Assembly: GCA_031835245.2 (NCBI GenBank)
Contig: JAVKOQ020000063.1
Span: 1-64,000, forward strand
Origin: Balamuthia mandrillaris
Taxonomy: Eukaryota
DNA length: 64,000 nucleotides
Reading direction: 5' to 3'
Shown here: in pieces, positions 34,442 to 50,000 of the stretch
How positions within the stretch are numbered: the first letter of the stretch is position 1
Layout: the number at the start of each line of letters is the position of its first letter
Made by a program: the position numbers and the translations under genes
Notes under the pieces: model-generated
What the model was told of the DNA's origin: nothing
Databases searched by the model: none
Seen by the model: only the letters and a program-made list of their open reading frames with translations

Positions 34442-36082
34442 AACGTACTATTTAAACTGGCGAAGAATTCCTTTGTGAAGCCTGTTACAAAAATCTTCAA
34501 TAGTGGGAGTCTTTGCACTCAGGATGACAGGCGCGCTGTAGTCAGGAATTTGACCTCTTGGTTTTGTGTAACTTGAGAAATGCAAATGGGGGGAGCACAC
34601 AATGCACAAGGGGTTAGTTTTTTCAGCCTTTACCTTGGCCCTCCACATAAAAGAGCAAAAGTAGGCACTTACATTCGAATAAGGTTGAGGTAGTCCCATG
34701 TCTTGGCCAAGAGGCCATCCAGATTCCAACCAAGGTGAGCAGAAATAGGAACATAGTGAGGAATCTTATCGATTATGTCTAACTCTTCCAAAGTCAACTG
34801 ATCGATTTTGTTCAAGGCATAAAGGCAGGGTATGTAGACACTAAAGTCATAACAAAGGGGAAGAGAAAGGTTCAGTTTTAGGCTTGTTCTTAAAAACAAC
34901 GCATAAATGAGCTCATACCGATTGCCTTCAATAACGTCAATCAACTCGTCCATAGTAGCATCGCAGCGGAGGGTGATATCGGCACTGTGTATTTTATATT
35001 CTGCAAGTACAGACCGGCAGACCTCTGTGTCCAAGTGGGTGGGAGTCACCTATCGTTTTGAAGGAATGAAAAGGGGAGAACAAGAAATAATGTTGGTCGC
35101 TATTCAGAAGACGCGCAAAGAAGAGTAAACTTACCGTAGAAGTAAAGTTGATCCCTCCCCTATCCTTGCGTTTGAATGTGAGGTTAGGTGGTTCCTTGTT
35201 CAACCGAATCCCAAAGCCTTCCAACTCATACTGTTTACAAGGAAGATAAGTACAAAAGCTGTATAGCATTGAAAACTGAGGCATAGCCTCCGCAGAAGCG
35301 AGGCCTTACTTCGATTAACCGCTTGTGGCCCAAAGGTTTCAACGAATCAAGAACCATTATGATAAGGTTACAGGTGCGAGCCACACCAATGACCTGCCGT
35401 CCTCTGCCTTTGCCGTCTTTAGCTCCCTCAATAATACCTGGCAAATCCAGCAGTTGGATCTTTGCGCCCTTGTAGTGCACCACACCTGCAACACCACCTC
35501 CTATTAGAAACCCAAGAGCAAGAGGAGAGAGAGGGAGAGAGGGAGAGAGAGAGAGAGAGGGAGAGAGAGAGAGAGAGAGAAAATAAAAGGCACAAACCAG
35601 GAATACAAGTGAGTGTTGTAAACTCGTAGGCAGCGATCAGAGACTCCGTCTCTGTGAGTTGAGTCAAAAGAGTTGATTTTCCGACAGAAGGGAAGCCTAC
35701 AAGGCCCACTCGACAGTCTCCAGACTTTGTCACATCGAACCCTGTCAACAAAGAGAACGCAGCGTCAGCCCCTCTGATGTTTCCTTCAGTGCAAAGAGGG
35801 AGAGAATAGAGTGAAGGGGGCGGGGGGGACCTTCTCCAGGGCCACCAGCGCTCTTTGCAGGAGTGATTAGCTCCCGCTTAAGTTTAGCAAGTTTCGCCTT
35901 CAATGAACCCAAATGCTTTGCGGTGGCCTTGTTCTTTTGGGTTCGAGCCATCTGCAGAAAAAGAAAACAAAACAAAAAACCCCCGATGTTGCTGTTATTA
36001 CCAGCGAAAAAGAAAAAAAAAAACAAAAAACAACACGTGCCTCATCTTCGATTTCCTTTATCTTTTGCTGAGTGGTCGCCAT
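34260..36082 (-). CDS. DRG1: Developmentally regulated GTP-binding protein 1
   Basis: [49 protein letters not shown] domain ending DVVQIVKKI. Confidence 0.96.
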
Positions 36083-36289
36083 GCTGATCAACACTTGGAG
36101 TGGAAACCCCTACGTGCACTTCCCTGCAAATCGCTGTTCCCCTGCTACGTGTGCCTGCGCTTCCTTTTTGTCCGCTGTTCTTTTTTTTTTCCGTAAGAAT
36201 ACGACCCCTCGTGCGTTATCAACGTGCGGCCCCTCGTCATTTGAATGAGGGGTCGTACGGTGATTTCCGGAATGTAAGGAATTCGACGC

Positions 36290-36622
36290 ATGCTAACACC
36301 CGCAGAGAAGAAAGAAGCAAACATGTTGATGCCCTCCTCGCAGGCGGGCGACGAAGATGGCCAGAACATCACCGCAGAAATATTGGGGGTGATGCATCAA
36401 TACCCGGAGGTACCTGACCTTATTTCTCTGCCCTACATTTTTTTTGAACAACCCTTGTCCTTCCGGATGCTGACTGAACCCCAAACAAAACAGGGAGCCT
36501 CGCAAGCCGAACTGCAAAAGCACCTCAGTTCAATACCGTTGGAGCAACTCGCTGTTGCCCTCAATGAGCTACTGCAAGCGGTCAGTTGCATGTTCATCAT
36601 GTTCTCGTCGCCTCTTGTGCTT

Positions 36623-36664
<42 letters not shown>

Positions 36665-37816
36665 TTCCCACAACAAAGGGTCGGGTGGAAATACACATGC
36701 GAGGAAATACATACTACTACACAGCCATCAGCGAAGAAAAATCACGAAAGTACAGTGCTCTTTGCGCTTCCCTGCTTCTTCTCCTTCATCGCAATGGAGC
36801 CGTCCTCTAACGGTTTTTCTATCACCTGTTCTGCAACAGGTTCCGTGGCCTCACTGCAGAGGAGCGGCTTATTTATCAGTTGATAGAGGCTGAAGGAGAC
36901 ATGGGCCTCTGGACCAGAGACATGAAATTCAAGAGCAACTTACAACAAACACATATAAACAAAATACTGAGGATTCTAGAGCAGCGCCAACTTATCAAGG
37001 CTGTCAAGTCCATCGCTGTATGCCTCTTCGTGTCTTCTTGTTGTTCTTGTTCTTGTTCTTCTTCTTGTTCTTCTTCTTGTTCTTCTTCTTGTTTTTGTTG
37101 TTCTTCTGCTTCTGCTTCTGCTTCTGCTTCTGCTTCTGCTTCTTCTGTCGCTGCTGGTTTCTGAGAATTCTCTATAACATTACCTTCAAAATGCACTAGG
37201 GAAGAAACAGAAAGGTGTACATGCTCTACGATCTGGAACCTTCGGTGAAGGTTAAGGGCAATGCCTTTTACACATCGGATGGCCTGTTTGATGCAGAGTT
37301 TGTAAATATTCTCAACGAACAATGTGAGCGGTATATTGCTCAACAAGTACGTCATCTCCATTGCTACGATAGCAGCAACCCTGTTATTGTGTCCCGACTA
37401 ACTGTCTGTGGGCCAAAGGGCTGGACAACTTTATCCGAGTTAAGCACATTCATACAAAACAGCGGCATATCAACGGTGGCTCTTCGGCCTGAAGACATTC
37501 AGACCATTGTTAACACACTCATCTATGATGGCAAAGTGGAAGAGATAAGAGATACCCGTAAGGTTTGGTTGCGCCTTTGCTTCTCTCTCCGAGAAGATAA
37601 GGCTAACGAAGAGTGATGGCTGTGTAGGTGACAGCGCCAGGAGCTGAGCCCTCCTTCTTGTATAAGCCCAGTAAGATATCATTACCAAGAAATGGACTGA
37701 CGGAGGTGCCCTGCGGCCACTGCCCGGTGCAAGCGGTGTGTAGCGACGAAGGAGAGATAACACCAGCCAAATGCCCCTACCTCAAACGGTGGTTAGACCA
37801 AGAGGTTGACTTTTGA
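36290..37816 (+). CDS. POLR3F: RNA polymerase III subunit RPC6/C34 (start 36290 or 36323)
   Basis: EERLIYQLIEAEGDMGLWTRD, LIKAVKSI, KVYMLYDLEPS, TLIYDGKVE, Fe-S motif PCGHCPV...C...CPY. Confidence 0.93.
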
Positions 37817-37978
37817 ACGGATAAGCCCAGAAATACAAACATGACAAAAATCAATAAGCAGTGTTGTGAGGCGTTCTATTGAATGAAGAAGAGAGCTGTT
37901 GGTGGCAAAAGGGAGAAGAAGACTGTGTACAAAAAAGAAAAAAAAGAAAGCGGCCATTCCACTTCTTTGTTTTCAAAG

Positions 37979-39754
37979 TTAGTGCGCAGTCTTGAGGGAA
38001 GTGCGAAGGGTCTTCTGCTCAAGCAGCATGTTGTGTTCAGGGGGCAGACCCACGCAGGCACGGAAAATGTTCTCCATGCAGGCGCGCTGCTTGTTGAGGG
38101 CGTTGATGACAGGAGTGCCCTGGGGGGCCAATGGGGCCTTCAGCAAGTAGCTAAGGATGGTTTGAATGGGGTGGAACTTCTCGAATTGCTCCAACTCGTC
38201 CGTCTTGAACCGGATGCGTTCTACCAGCTCCATGATGATGATGAGGTCGAGGATGATGGGAGCGGCCAGGAGGGAATCCTCGCAGGTGTTGTGCATGATG
38301 ATGGTGTTGTGGCCGCCCATGAAGATGCGGGAGGTGTACTCGTCCATGGCACGCTTGCTATCTCCAACGTAGGGCACGTACTTGATGACCACCACGTGAT
38401 CGGGGTGCTCGTGGGGGCCATAGAGAATGCGGTTGGAGGCCACCATGTCGTCCACTACGTTGGACTTGGAGATCTCCTTGGACCGGAACTGGGAGGGAGC
38501 GCTAAGGTTCTTGCCGTCGTTGTTGCCCAAGTGGTTGTAGGACACGATGGAAGTGGGCTTGATGCCGGCGCTGATCAGCCAGTCCACCATCACCGACTTC
38601 ATCTTGGTCTGTCCCGTCTTGAAGTCGTCTCCAGCAATGAAGACGTTGCGTTGCTCCGCCAGTTCGATCACTCCGGGCACGAAAGTGTTCTGTGGGCTTC
38701 CGTTGATGTAAGAGCTGCCTTCAAGAATACTGGCCACCGCGAAGATGGTGGAAGGGCTGACCTCGTCTTCACCCCTCTTGATAGCATCCAACAGGTTATC
38801 GGCTGTGTCGTTCAATCCAGCAATAACATCGCTGTTCATAACCAATTTTTTTTTGTTCGTCGTTAGCTAACGGAGAGAGCGATAAAGGACAAGAAATATC
38901 GGACCTGAAACGCTCCGTGTTGGCGGACCAAAGGACGATGACCTTATCAACGCCATTGGCAGCCTTGAAGTCCCTAATGTTACGCCTGATCTCCTCCATC
39001 TGCTCCCACTTGGAGCCCTGCAAGACGTTATCGGCGCGTTCGCTCTGGTTTGCGGCGATAAAGTCGGGGAAGTAGATGCTGGGCAGCGGCACAATGTCCT
39101 TCATGTAAGGGACCAGCTGCCTCTGGAGATCGTAGGGCAGGACCTTGGCTCTCTCCATGGCCTCCGCCAAGTTGGCGCTGTTGATGTCCCAGCCGCCGTA
39201 GACGATGTCGTTGGGGTTGACCATGGGGAGGATGTTCTTGAAGGGGAGGTAGACCTCCTTGCCCTCCTCGTCAAAGCCCATGCGGAGGGTGCTGGCCTGC
39301 GTGACGGAGCCCCAGTAGTTTGGAGTCTCCACCCCGTCCTTGGTCCTCCAGGTGATGCTCTCCCTGTTGGCAACGGTGCCGGCCACCACCGTGCTGCCGT
39401 TGTTTCCCCCGAGGCCCACGATCATGACTCCCAGCTTGGGGACTTTCCTCTCGGTCTTGAAGACATACTTCTTGGCTGCAAGGAATATTTGAAAGTAAGT
39501 CAGTTCGAACAGGAAACAAAAATAAATAAAGTGGCGCTATAGCGGCAAACAATATAGAAAATGAAAAATAAAAACGGGAAAGGACCAGAGAAAGGAAACA
39601 ACGTACAGAGAGGCTCTACCACCACACCCTCGCGGGTGGTTTTTACGGAGGTGGTATGGTAAGTATACTCGGAGATGATGGCCTCCTCCGTGTACTTCAC
39701 GTTGGGGCTGTTGACCTTCAAGTCCACGTTGTGTTGATCGACCGAAGTAGACAT
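37979..39754 (-). CDS. INO1: Myo-inositol-1-phosphate synthase
   Basis: [51 protein letters not shown]. Confidence 0.97.
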
Positions 39755-40046
39755 GGTAAAAGTTATTATAATGTGTGTATGTCCTGAGAAGAAAAAAAAA
39801 AACAAAAAAAGAGCCGGAGAGGTTTTTGTGGGCCGAGGGAGGAAGCACAAAAGGGTGACCGGGGAAGGGTGGAGCAGCAGGGAGCAAGCGAGGGAGCAAA
39901 AAAAAAAATGCGGGAAGGGGGGAGGAAGAGGAGGGGTGGAAAGTAGAAAAGAAGGAAAAAGCGAAAAGAAGACAATTAGCGGACGGGTGATATGCCTTGT
40001 TTAAACCGGCTTTAATTAGGAAATAGTTGCGGTGTAAGGCAACGGT

Positions 40047-43000
40047 TTAAGGTAACGCTGGCGTAAGGCCTCCTCGGAGTGGTCCGCTGCTTTGGTTATG
40101 GGATTACAAATTAGCCGGAGATGCCCGAGGGGCAAGCGAAGGTAGACAAAAGTGTGTTATTTTCCCACAGGAGACAAAGGGGAATAGCGTGGCATGCCAT
40201 CTTGGTTTTTGTCTACTGCGAGGAGTTCCTCCGCGGCGGGCTTACAGGAAATGCAGGCTCCTCGAACTCACCGTAGAGGCCTGTATTGGGGGTGGGCGTA
40301 AGCGGCACCCCCACCAGGGCGTGCTGGTGGGGGTTGGGTGGCGCCAGCGCCGCTGTTCATGAGGACAGGGGTGGAGGGGATGGGCGCAGGGGTTGGTGCT
40401 CCGGTGCTGCTCCTTGTGGGTTGAGGTTGGTGAGAGGCCACAAATGGCGCCGAGGAAGGAGGAGGCGCATTGGTGGTGGACTGTTGGCTTGCAGTGCTTG
40501 GATGAACCACGCGAGCAGGGACGCCCGTGGATACCGGTGATGGTGTACGTTGTCTGGGAGTTGAGGCACCCGCTGCAGAAGTAGCTCCCGCCGTGCTGCC
40601 ATTTGCAATGTTATGCTGGGGCTGGAGGGAGTTGAAGTGAGGGGGAGGAGCAGCAGGGACGCTGCCAGCAGCGGCAGCCATGCCGTGGTGGTGAGAGGGT
40701 ATCATGCCTGGCAGGCCCCCCGCGGGGACGGGTGATTGAACTGACGAAGAAGCTGATGAAGAGATTGGACTGTACATAAGGGTAGGAGAGGTAGAGTTGC
40801 TGGCATTGCTTGTGGTACTTGTATTTACGGCTGAGGAAGAAGAAGGGGTACTTCCTGTGATATTTATCATGATTAGCAAGAGGACGTGAAAATGGACAAA
40901 AGATAAGATGAATGAACAGTTAAACAACAACTGACCTGAAGGAGGAGGCACCGACACAAAGTTTCGTTCATAGACTGGACCAGTTTGAGGTGGTCTAGGA
41001 GTTGTTGTTGAAGTTTGCAGCCGAGATTGCGCAGCAGCTGCTGCAGCCGCTGCTCGCATCTGAGGGGTAAATAATTGGCTGTACATGGGATGAGAGCGAG
41101 GGATCCCTGCTGCGGCCATTCCTTCCTCTGTAGCTGGTGTAGCCGCTGCTGATGGAGGTGTTTGTACAATACAAGATTAGTTATGCAGAAAAAAAAGCTA
41201 CATACAGCAACGGGGTATGACAGACAAAACATAAAGGGAAAGAACGGTTAACTTTCTAGGCTAAGTGGGAGGATACATACGAGGAGCGGCATGGGATGCT
41301 TGGGGACCGTTAGTACTTGCAGACACAGGAAGAGAGTTGCGCAGCATGTGTACATAGGTCTGCGGTATAGCATGAGGACCTGATTTGGCCTGATTGGCTG
41401 CTTGTTGCACTTGTGGCAGTGATTGTGTCACTGAAGACTTCAAATTGTGTAGCTTTTCATACATGATAGCCATGTGAGTAACCACCAACAGCAGGAGTAA
41501 AGAACAGAGGAGTTGTACCGTTGTCGGTCGGACATGGGTAGAATCAAAAACGCAAACTTTGCCTTCCTTGGTGTAAAGGGACTTGATTTGGTGGAAGAAA
41601 ATTTCGGCGCGCTTCGCGTTACCCAGAGAATATTTGACCGTATGGTCTGTACTCTTTTCAGGGGTGGTACCCTCCCGTACAACAGCTTCATAGCCAGTAA
41701 AGTGTGGTTTGGGGCGGAGCTCAAATACACAATAACTCCGTCCTGTATAATGAGGAAATAGCTGATGTAAATAAAATTGTTTTAAGTGTTTCCAAGTAGT
41801 CATACCGTTTCGTCCGTTAAAGCGGATGGTGCGCTTTGGAATCACATAAGGCCTCCGAAGATTCGTATTCGAAGGATGAAACATATTCTGGTTCAGCATC
41901 ACTGAAACGAGAGAGCACAGGTTAAAATCACACTAAATACGCTCACTCACTCACGCACTCACTCTCTCTCCCTCCCTCCCCCCTCTCTCTCTCTTTTACG
42001 AACCATGCTTTGTTTTATCGCCTTCGTTTAAAGATTTGCGGTTTTGCGGTCTGCTTTGGAAAGGAACAGAAGGGTCGGAAACGCTCCCTGGTTGCGCGCC
42101 AGGAACAGCATTCGCTTTCCAACCCCGTTCTTTCAGAAAATCGAGCAACACAAATCTGTATTGTCGAAGGATTAGATCATCGCGGGCAGTGATGATGATG
42201 GAATAGAATGGCGAACCTTTCATGCACTTTGTTGTTTTCCTGTGTAGGTCTTGAGGATGAGGTCTGGACAGTGTGGGGGTGCGCAGGTAGCCCCTCAATA
42301 TGAGGAGTGATATGAAGTTTACACTTATTATAGTTTAGCACTCGTGAGATGGTTGGCAGAGGAGGTGGTGAAGAAATAAATGGCTTTGTAGTTGGTTTGT
42401 CAACGTCTAGGCAAAGAGGTGGAGCAATGGCACGCTAAATTGAATAAGGAAAAAAAAATCACGGTGATCAGACGATACGAAGATTAACAGAAAGGAAAAC
42501 AACTTCTACCAGTATTTGTTGCTCAAGGAGCAAGCACTGCTCAGGAGTCCAATCCTCATGCTCAGCACATATCTGCTCTACATCGTTGATAAGGGTTTCT
42601 GTTGGGTCAGGCCGTAGTAGTATGTGCCGTATAATAGGGGGAGCACCGTTGGCGAGTTGATTGTTGCCTCTGTAATCCCGCAGCTGCACCAATAAACAGC
42701 CTATGGAAGATTGAACCAAACAATAAATAAGAAGATAAGCACAAGGATAAGAGTAGACTCAGAAGGAAGTTCACCATCATAGTAATGGCAAGGAATGTCA
42801 TCCAACAGATCGATGAAGTCTGGAGGCAGACGTCCAGAGTCAATGGTGCGAATAAAGTCGCTGGTGGAGGTATCATGCCCATGAGGATAAGCCACGTAGG
42901 ACATAGGACCCTTCATTGTGGATGAGAGAGACGAGATAAAGTTAGCAACCAGCAGGTTACCAATTGGACGTGTGAAACATACCGGTTCAATGCCAGCGCT

Positions 43001-44011
43001 GTTGCTGCCGGAAGGAGAAAGGAAACCACTCAGTGTAAAGCCGTTTGGATAAAGGTTGAGCACAATCGAGACCTTCATATCTTTTTGCAAGCGCTCGATA
43101 GGATAGGGTGCATAGGGAAAGAATCGAGAGTCTGCAGAGTGCACCAACAGACAATAAAATAAAGATCAAAAAAGAGAACTACCAAGGGACTAAACAAAAA
43201 AAAAACGACAGCAAAACGAAATATAACAGAAGAAAGCGGATAGAGAGGGATAGAACGTACCATGGCATTTATCTTTGACACGCAACACACGAAGTTGTTC
43301 GCAAAGAGGTTCTTTAGAGGGCTCCTCCTCAGGAAGCTTGGTACCAGCCGCGTTGCCATTGGCAGCGGCGGAAGAAGCGGCATTGTTTTTAGAGGCAGCA
43401 GAAGAGGCGCCACGTTTACCCTTTGCCGTGGTTTGCCGTTCCTCTTTCTTGGTGGTGCTTTTAGAGGAAGAGGCTTTGGCCTTACGTTTTTGCTTCCTCC
43501 TTTGTGCGGCCAGGAAGAGCTTCTCTTGCTCCATGAGAGTCCGCTTGAGCCATCTTTCTGTGTGCACCGAGGCTATAGCGGAAGCACTGTTTTCGAGCCG
43601 CCACTCGTCCTCTTTCAGTTCCTCTTCCTCCTCATCGTTTGTCTTGTCGCCATAAGAAGAAGAAGCAGAAGCAGAAGTAACAGTCGTGGAACCCACAGTA
43701 GAAGGCGGGTACTTTGGAAGCTTCAAGGGACCCCTTTCCTCCAACGCATGAAACGAGGAGAACCTGCGTTTTTTGGAACTGCCAGGAGCAGCCAGTCTGA
43801 AGGAAACAGGAGGGGCGTCCTTCTCTTCCATCACGGGAGCGGCGTTGGTGGCTCGTGTCGTGTCCGAAACGCTCCCTCTGCCACCGCCGGTTGAACCTCT
43901 GCGAGCCTTCTTTTGTGCTGATTGAGTGGATGACGCACCCTCGCTACTTGTGCTGCCCTTGGCGCCATGATCTTTGTCAGCGGGGGCAAGGCCTGGTTGT
44001 GGTTGCGACAT
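40047..44011 (-). CDS. SPT20: SAGA complex subunit Spt20-like protein (3' end uncertain: 40268 or 40047)
   Basis: SIVLNLYPNGF, FIRTIDSGRLPPDFIDLL...YYDGCLLVQLRDYR, HILLRP..ETLIND, LEQQIL...PLCLD; low-complexity termini. Confidence 0.8.
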
Positions 44012-44558
44012 CCCCGCAACAACACTCTGCTGTTTGTTGTTCGCTGGTTTTCTTCTTCTTCTTCTTTTGGGTCCAGCTTGAGGAGTAGTCGTCTCTCCTC
44101 AAATTTCGTCGACGTTCTATCCCGCTCGCCAATAAAAATTCAGACTGCATCTCCAATAAGCCCATTGGAGATTTGATTAATCCTAATTAACTGTGACCCT
44201 CGAGCAAAACAGGGAGAAATAAGGTGGAATGAACCCTCGGGCAAATGACCAAAAGAGAAGCAATCACCCCTGCTGCAGGCCCTCATAAGGTAAGGGATGG
44301 AAAAGCCCGAGGCCTACCTAAAAGGATAAGGAAGGGGGGGCTGGTGGTCACGTTGAATTTTATTTCATCCACTTTCTTTCTTTTCTCTGTTTTCTTTTTT
44401 TTCGTTTCGGTTTGTCAAGCTCTTCTTCTCCCACACACTCAGCACACACTCCGCCACTCGGTTTCACTCACATAAAAAACACGCAGGTTTGTTATTTGCC
44501 TGGTTTTTGAGCTCTTCAGTGGCGGACCACCTTTTTTACTAAAACTTGTGCTTGCAGA

Positions 44559-46153
<1,595 letters not shown>

Positions 46154-46457
46154 ACCGTTTCTCTTTCCTCTCCCTCATCTTTCTTAATTTATTATTGTGC
46201 GTGATTTCCAACAAGCACCTGATGGTGCTGTAGACGTCACGCTATAAAACGAAACTTACGAAAACGAAGCTCTGTTGTCATTGATTTCTCTCACCGTTGC
46301 GTTGTGTGCCTTTCATCTATCTACAAGGCAAAATAGTAATATGATGGGTGGTAATGGTGTTTTTCTGCCTCCCCCATGGAACTAGAGACGAGGAAGACAA
46401 GAGCACACGGAGGAGCAAGAGGAAGAACAACCTAAGCACTGGAAAGGAGACAAAGCA

Positions 46458-47011
46458 TCATTGCAACTGTATACTAACGCGTCGAGGAACCACCACCGCT
46501 TCCAGTTTATTGACGGTAATGTGTGGTTTAACTGCCACTAAGAAGCGTATCGCATACAGGTACTACTTATAATTAGTAGCTCGGTGAGGTACATGCAATT
46601 AGTTGTGCCAATGGTGTTGGCGTTGTGGATGCAGCTTCCGCCACACCATCCTCAACATTGCTGAAGACGGAGACCACACGAGCCAATACAGCAAGCTTAA
46701 GGCTCATGTGTCGTGCCACTATGACCTCAGGCACAGTGCCCGTGGTCACCACATCAGCCCCCATGGCTGCGGCTAAACGACCAGAGGCAGCCGAGGTTGG
46801 GTAAATCGGTCCTACCACCAGTGCACTGCACGCCTCCTTTACTTCCATTCCCATATCCTTTTAGGAGAGAAGAAACTAGTCAGTGATCTTTGACATGCTT
46901 GGAGGTCGGAGAACAATAAACCTTGCCACATTCAATGAATTTTTGTCGTAGTTGTTGATTGTAGGCGTTAGACATATCTGGGAAACGATCTCCCCATCTT
47001 TAGCAGAGATG

Positions 47012-47054
<43 letters not shown>

Positions 47055-50000
47055 TTGGTTGTCAATATGAATATAAACGAAAGAGGAAGGAATAAATCTT
47101 ACCTGTCTTCGTTGTGGCCAAACAAAGGGTTGCGACCAGATAAATTGATATGGTCAGCGATAACAACGCTGTCACCCAATTGCAAACGAGCTGTACAACT
47201 AGCAACATTGCAACCAAAAAGCAGCGTCTTTACTCCTAACGCATTTAATAACTAGTTGAAGAAGAACTCCTCGATCAGCTACAAAACAGGCAAAAGGGCT
47301 ACAAACTTAGGTTGGATACCTACCCGGACAGCAAAGGCAATCTGCCAGAAGGGTCTTCCTTCATTCATAAAGAAGGACTGGGCGACCCAAAGCACCGGGA
47401 CTTGTTGATCCCCAACAACAGCGCGGTAGAGAGTGCAACCACTAGGAGCATGCGGCACGTTCTCCAGCGGCTTTAATTCTTTGAGCTGGTGGGACATTCC
47501 CTCCCAGTCCTTTTCAGAGAGGATAGCCACAGAAGGTACGCCTTCCTTTCCAAGTAACTCTTTTATGCATTCAGCAGCACTTTCCACGTGTTGGTAATCG
47601 CCTTGGGTTATCTCTGGCGCCAGTTCATACATCATCTATGGGGTGCAAAAGCACACGATGGAGTGAGACTAGCTGTAAAGATAGACCAAAAAAAAAAAGC
47701 TCAAAAAGAGTAGTGCCTGTTGCTCAAAATAGCGAATAGGGTTTGGCTCATCTTCTGGCCGTGGTGTAGCTTTATCACTCCCACTACGCAGCGCAGCTAG
47801 CAGCAACGTGGCCATGGAGTCAGCTGTAGATGCCGACAATTCCTCCTCCCGATACTCCGAAACGGCTCGCTGAACGAAGAGTGGTCAGGAGCAAGCAGTT
47901 AATGGATAATCCTATTTAACAAAGGCAGCAAACCTCTTTTTTTGCAGCACTACTAATAATATCCCCGCCAACAGCCGCCAAGCCACAGACTTCGATGCCA
48001 TTTGCCTGTGCCGCCCAGGCTGTCGACCTTTTTTGTTCAAAAAGTTTTTCAGACGTACTCCGAGAAGAGAAAGAGAGAAGAGAGAGAACATACAACGAAG
48101 AAAGGCCAAAAAGATGGCAGCCAATCTGTTGGGCAATAGCGATTTCAGCGGGGGTTGGTAAAGTAGGTCCGGGGAAGGCCATGTATTCAGCGTTGGGGCG
48201 ATAGCTTATGTCAAGTGCCTCTGCAGCCTTACTTATCACGGGCAACAAACTGTTACATGTGGCACAAAGCAGCATGATTAAGAGCAGAGTATTCAAGAGA
48301 AACCAAAGCAAACGTACCTGTTGCAGGTAAATGGAGCAGGTTTAGGCATGAATTGTTGTAACGATACATTTTGGGGCACTGGATGGACCGTTGTGAAGTC
48401 TACTGCATCAGACAGGGCCACAATAGCACCTGGTTTAAGAGTCTCATCACATGAATCTGTTTATTTTGAAACATTTTAATGAGACACCCAACGGTTTTAA
48501 AACCACAATCAGATGAGGGGTTACCCAAAACAAATGTGTGCACCAGAGTGGTAATGCCAAGTATACGCAAAAGTCGCGAGAGGAACACGCTTTCCTCACA
48601 GGAGAATCCTTATTCAAAAGTCAGACAAAACTGTGTGAGATTAACATAACAACACACATACCTTCCCAGTGATTTCCAGCGAGACAACACACTCGCCATT
48701 TGTTGTCCAGGGTCCCAAACAGTAAATAGCCATCCCTGCCTACATTAACGTATAAAGTTAGTAACAGGAGCTTTAGAAATAGCTGTTAAAAAGCAAAGGA
48801 AACGGCAAAACGGATGAACTAACCAGAAGCGGAGATAACAGAAAAGTGAGGAATCCTAGAATAGGGCACTTTCTTTAGGTTGGTTAGCGTGTGAAGGAGG
48901 GCGGCCTCCTGTTTGTTGCCACCCAAGTAAAGGGCCATGGTGCTGAGTTCAACGGATGTATTCTCACGAGAGGTGTTCTCACCGTCGTCAACTGACAATA
49001 TTTGCGAGAACACAAACTCGCTGGCTTCCAACAAGAAGTGCTTTGGGGCAACGGAGCCCATCAACAGTGGTAGCGGGGTTGGTGTCAGCCGCTCTTTTTC
49101 ATTCAACATCGCTTCTTCTGCTGAGCTTTCGCTGTGAGGTTCTAGTTCAAAGTCTTTCTTAATGTCGGAGTGAGCCAACCGGTCAAAGAAGAGCTTCATG
49201 AAGCGCACAAAGTTCGGGCCCGCTTGGCTCGCGATTTGTTGTACCATCGCATGGGTGAGATGCTCATCAGACATACCCGCAGCCATGTTTGTGATAAGGG
49301 ACATAGCAAAGACCTCCATGCCCAACGCAGCCGCCACCGACGTTTCTGGCACTGTGCTCATGCCAAAGGCACTGACTCCAAATTTACAACCAGCTTTGAC
49401 CTCAGCAGGAGTTTCATAGGTTGGTCCGCAAGTGCTGCCGTACACGCCACTGAATAATTTGAAACCTTTCATTACCTCGCCTGCAGTTTCCTCCGCGATT
49501 GTTTTCATTCTTGGGCTGGTAGGTAATGCGAGTTAGTGGTTTGCACAAGAATACCGAGAGCCCAACACACAATAAGAAGAATCCTCAGAACAAGAACACA
49601 GACGAGAAGAATTCAGCACCTATACAAGCACTGGTAGGCTGCATGGCGTGGGCCACTCAAGCCTGAATGCTCGTATGTATCTAAGGTTCGCGGGAATGAA
49701 GCAAGCTAAACATCAGAAACGAGGCGAAACGATGGGTAGGAAGTACGAGACAAACCATGCAAAGGATTGCGATGAAAAAGGTTGACATGGTCAGAAATGA
49801 CCATGATGGCTCCCGGATACATGCCAGCACCAGAGCCACCAGCTGCGTTTGTGGCTATGAAGAGCTTACAGCCGAGTAGCTTCATCAAGCGTGCTGCAAA
49901 AGTGATCTGGTACATGTGAGCCCCTTCATAGGCATGCGTGCGGCCTGCCAGGCAAAATAACTAGTGGCCAACAACGGTGATAATTGGTATCGTATGTTGA

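Noticed and set aside
37883..38866. Long antisense ORFs over INO1 (also SAHH 44439-45131 and GH125)
   Set aside because: Shadow frames from strong C-ending codon bias in highly expressed genes
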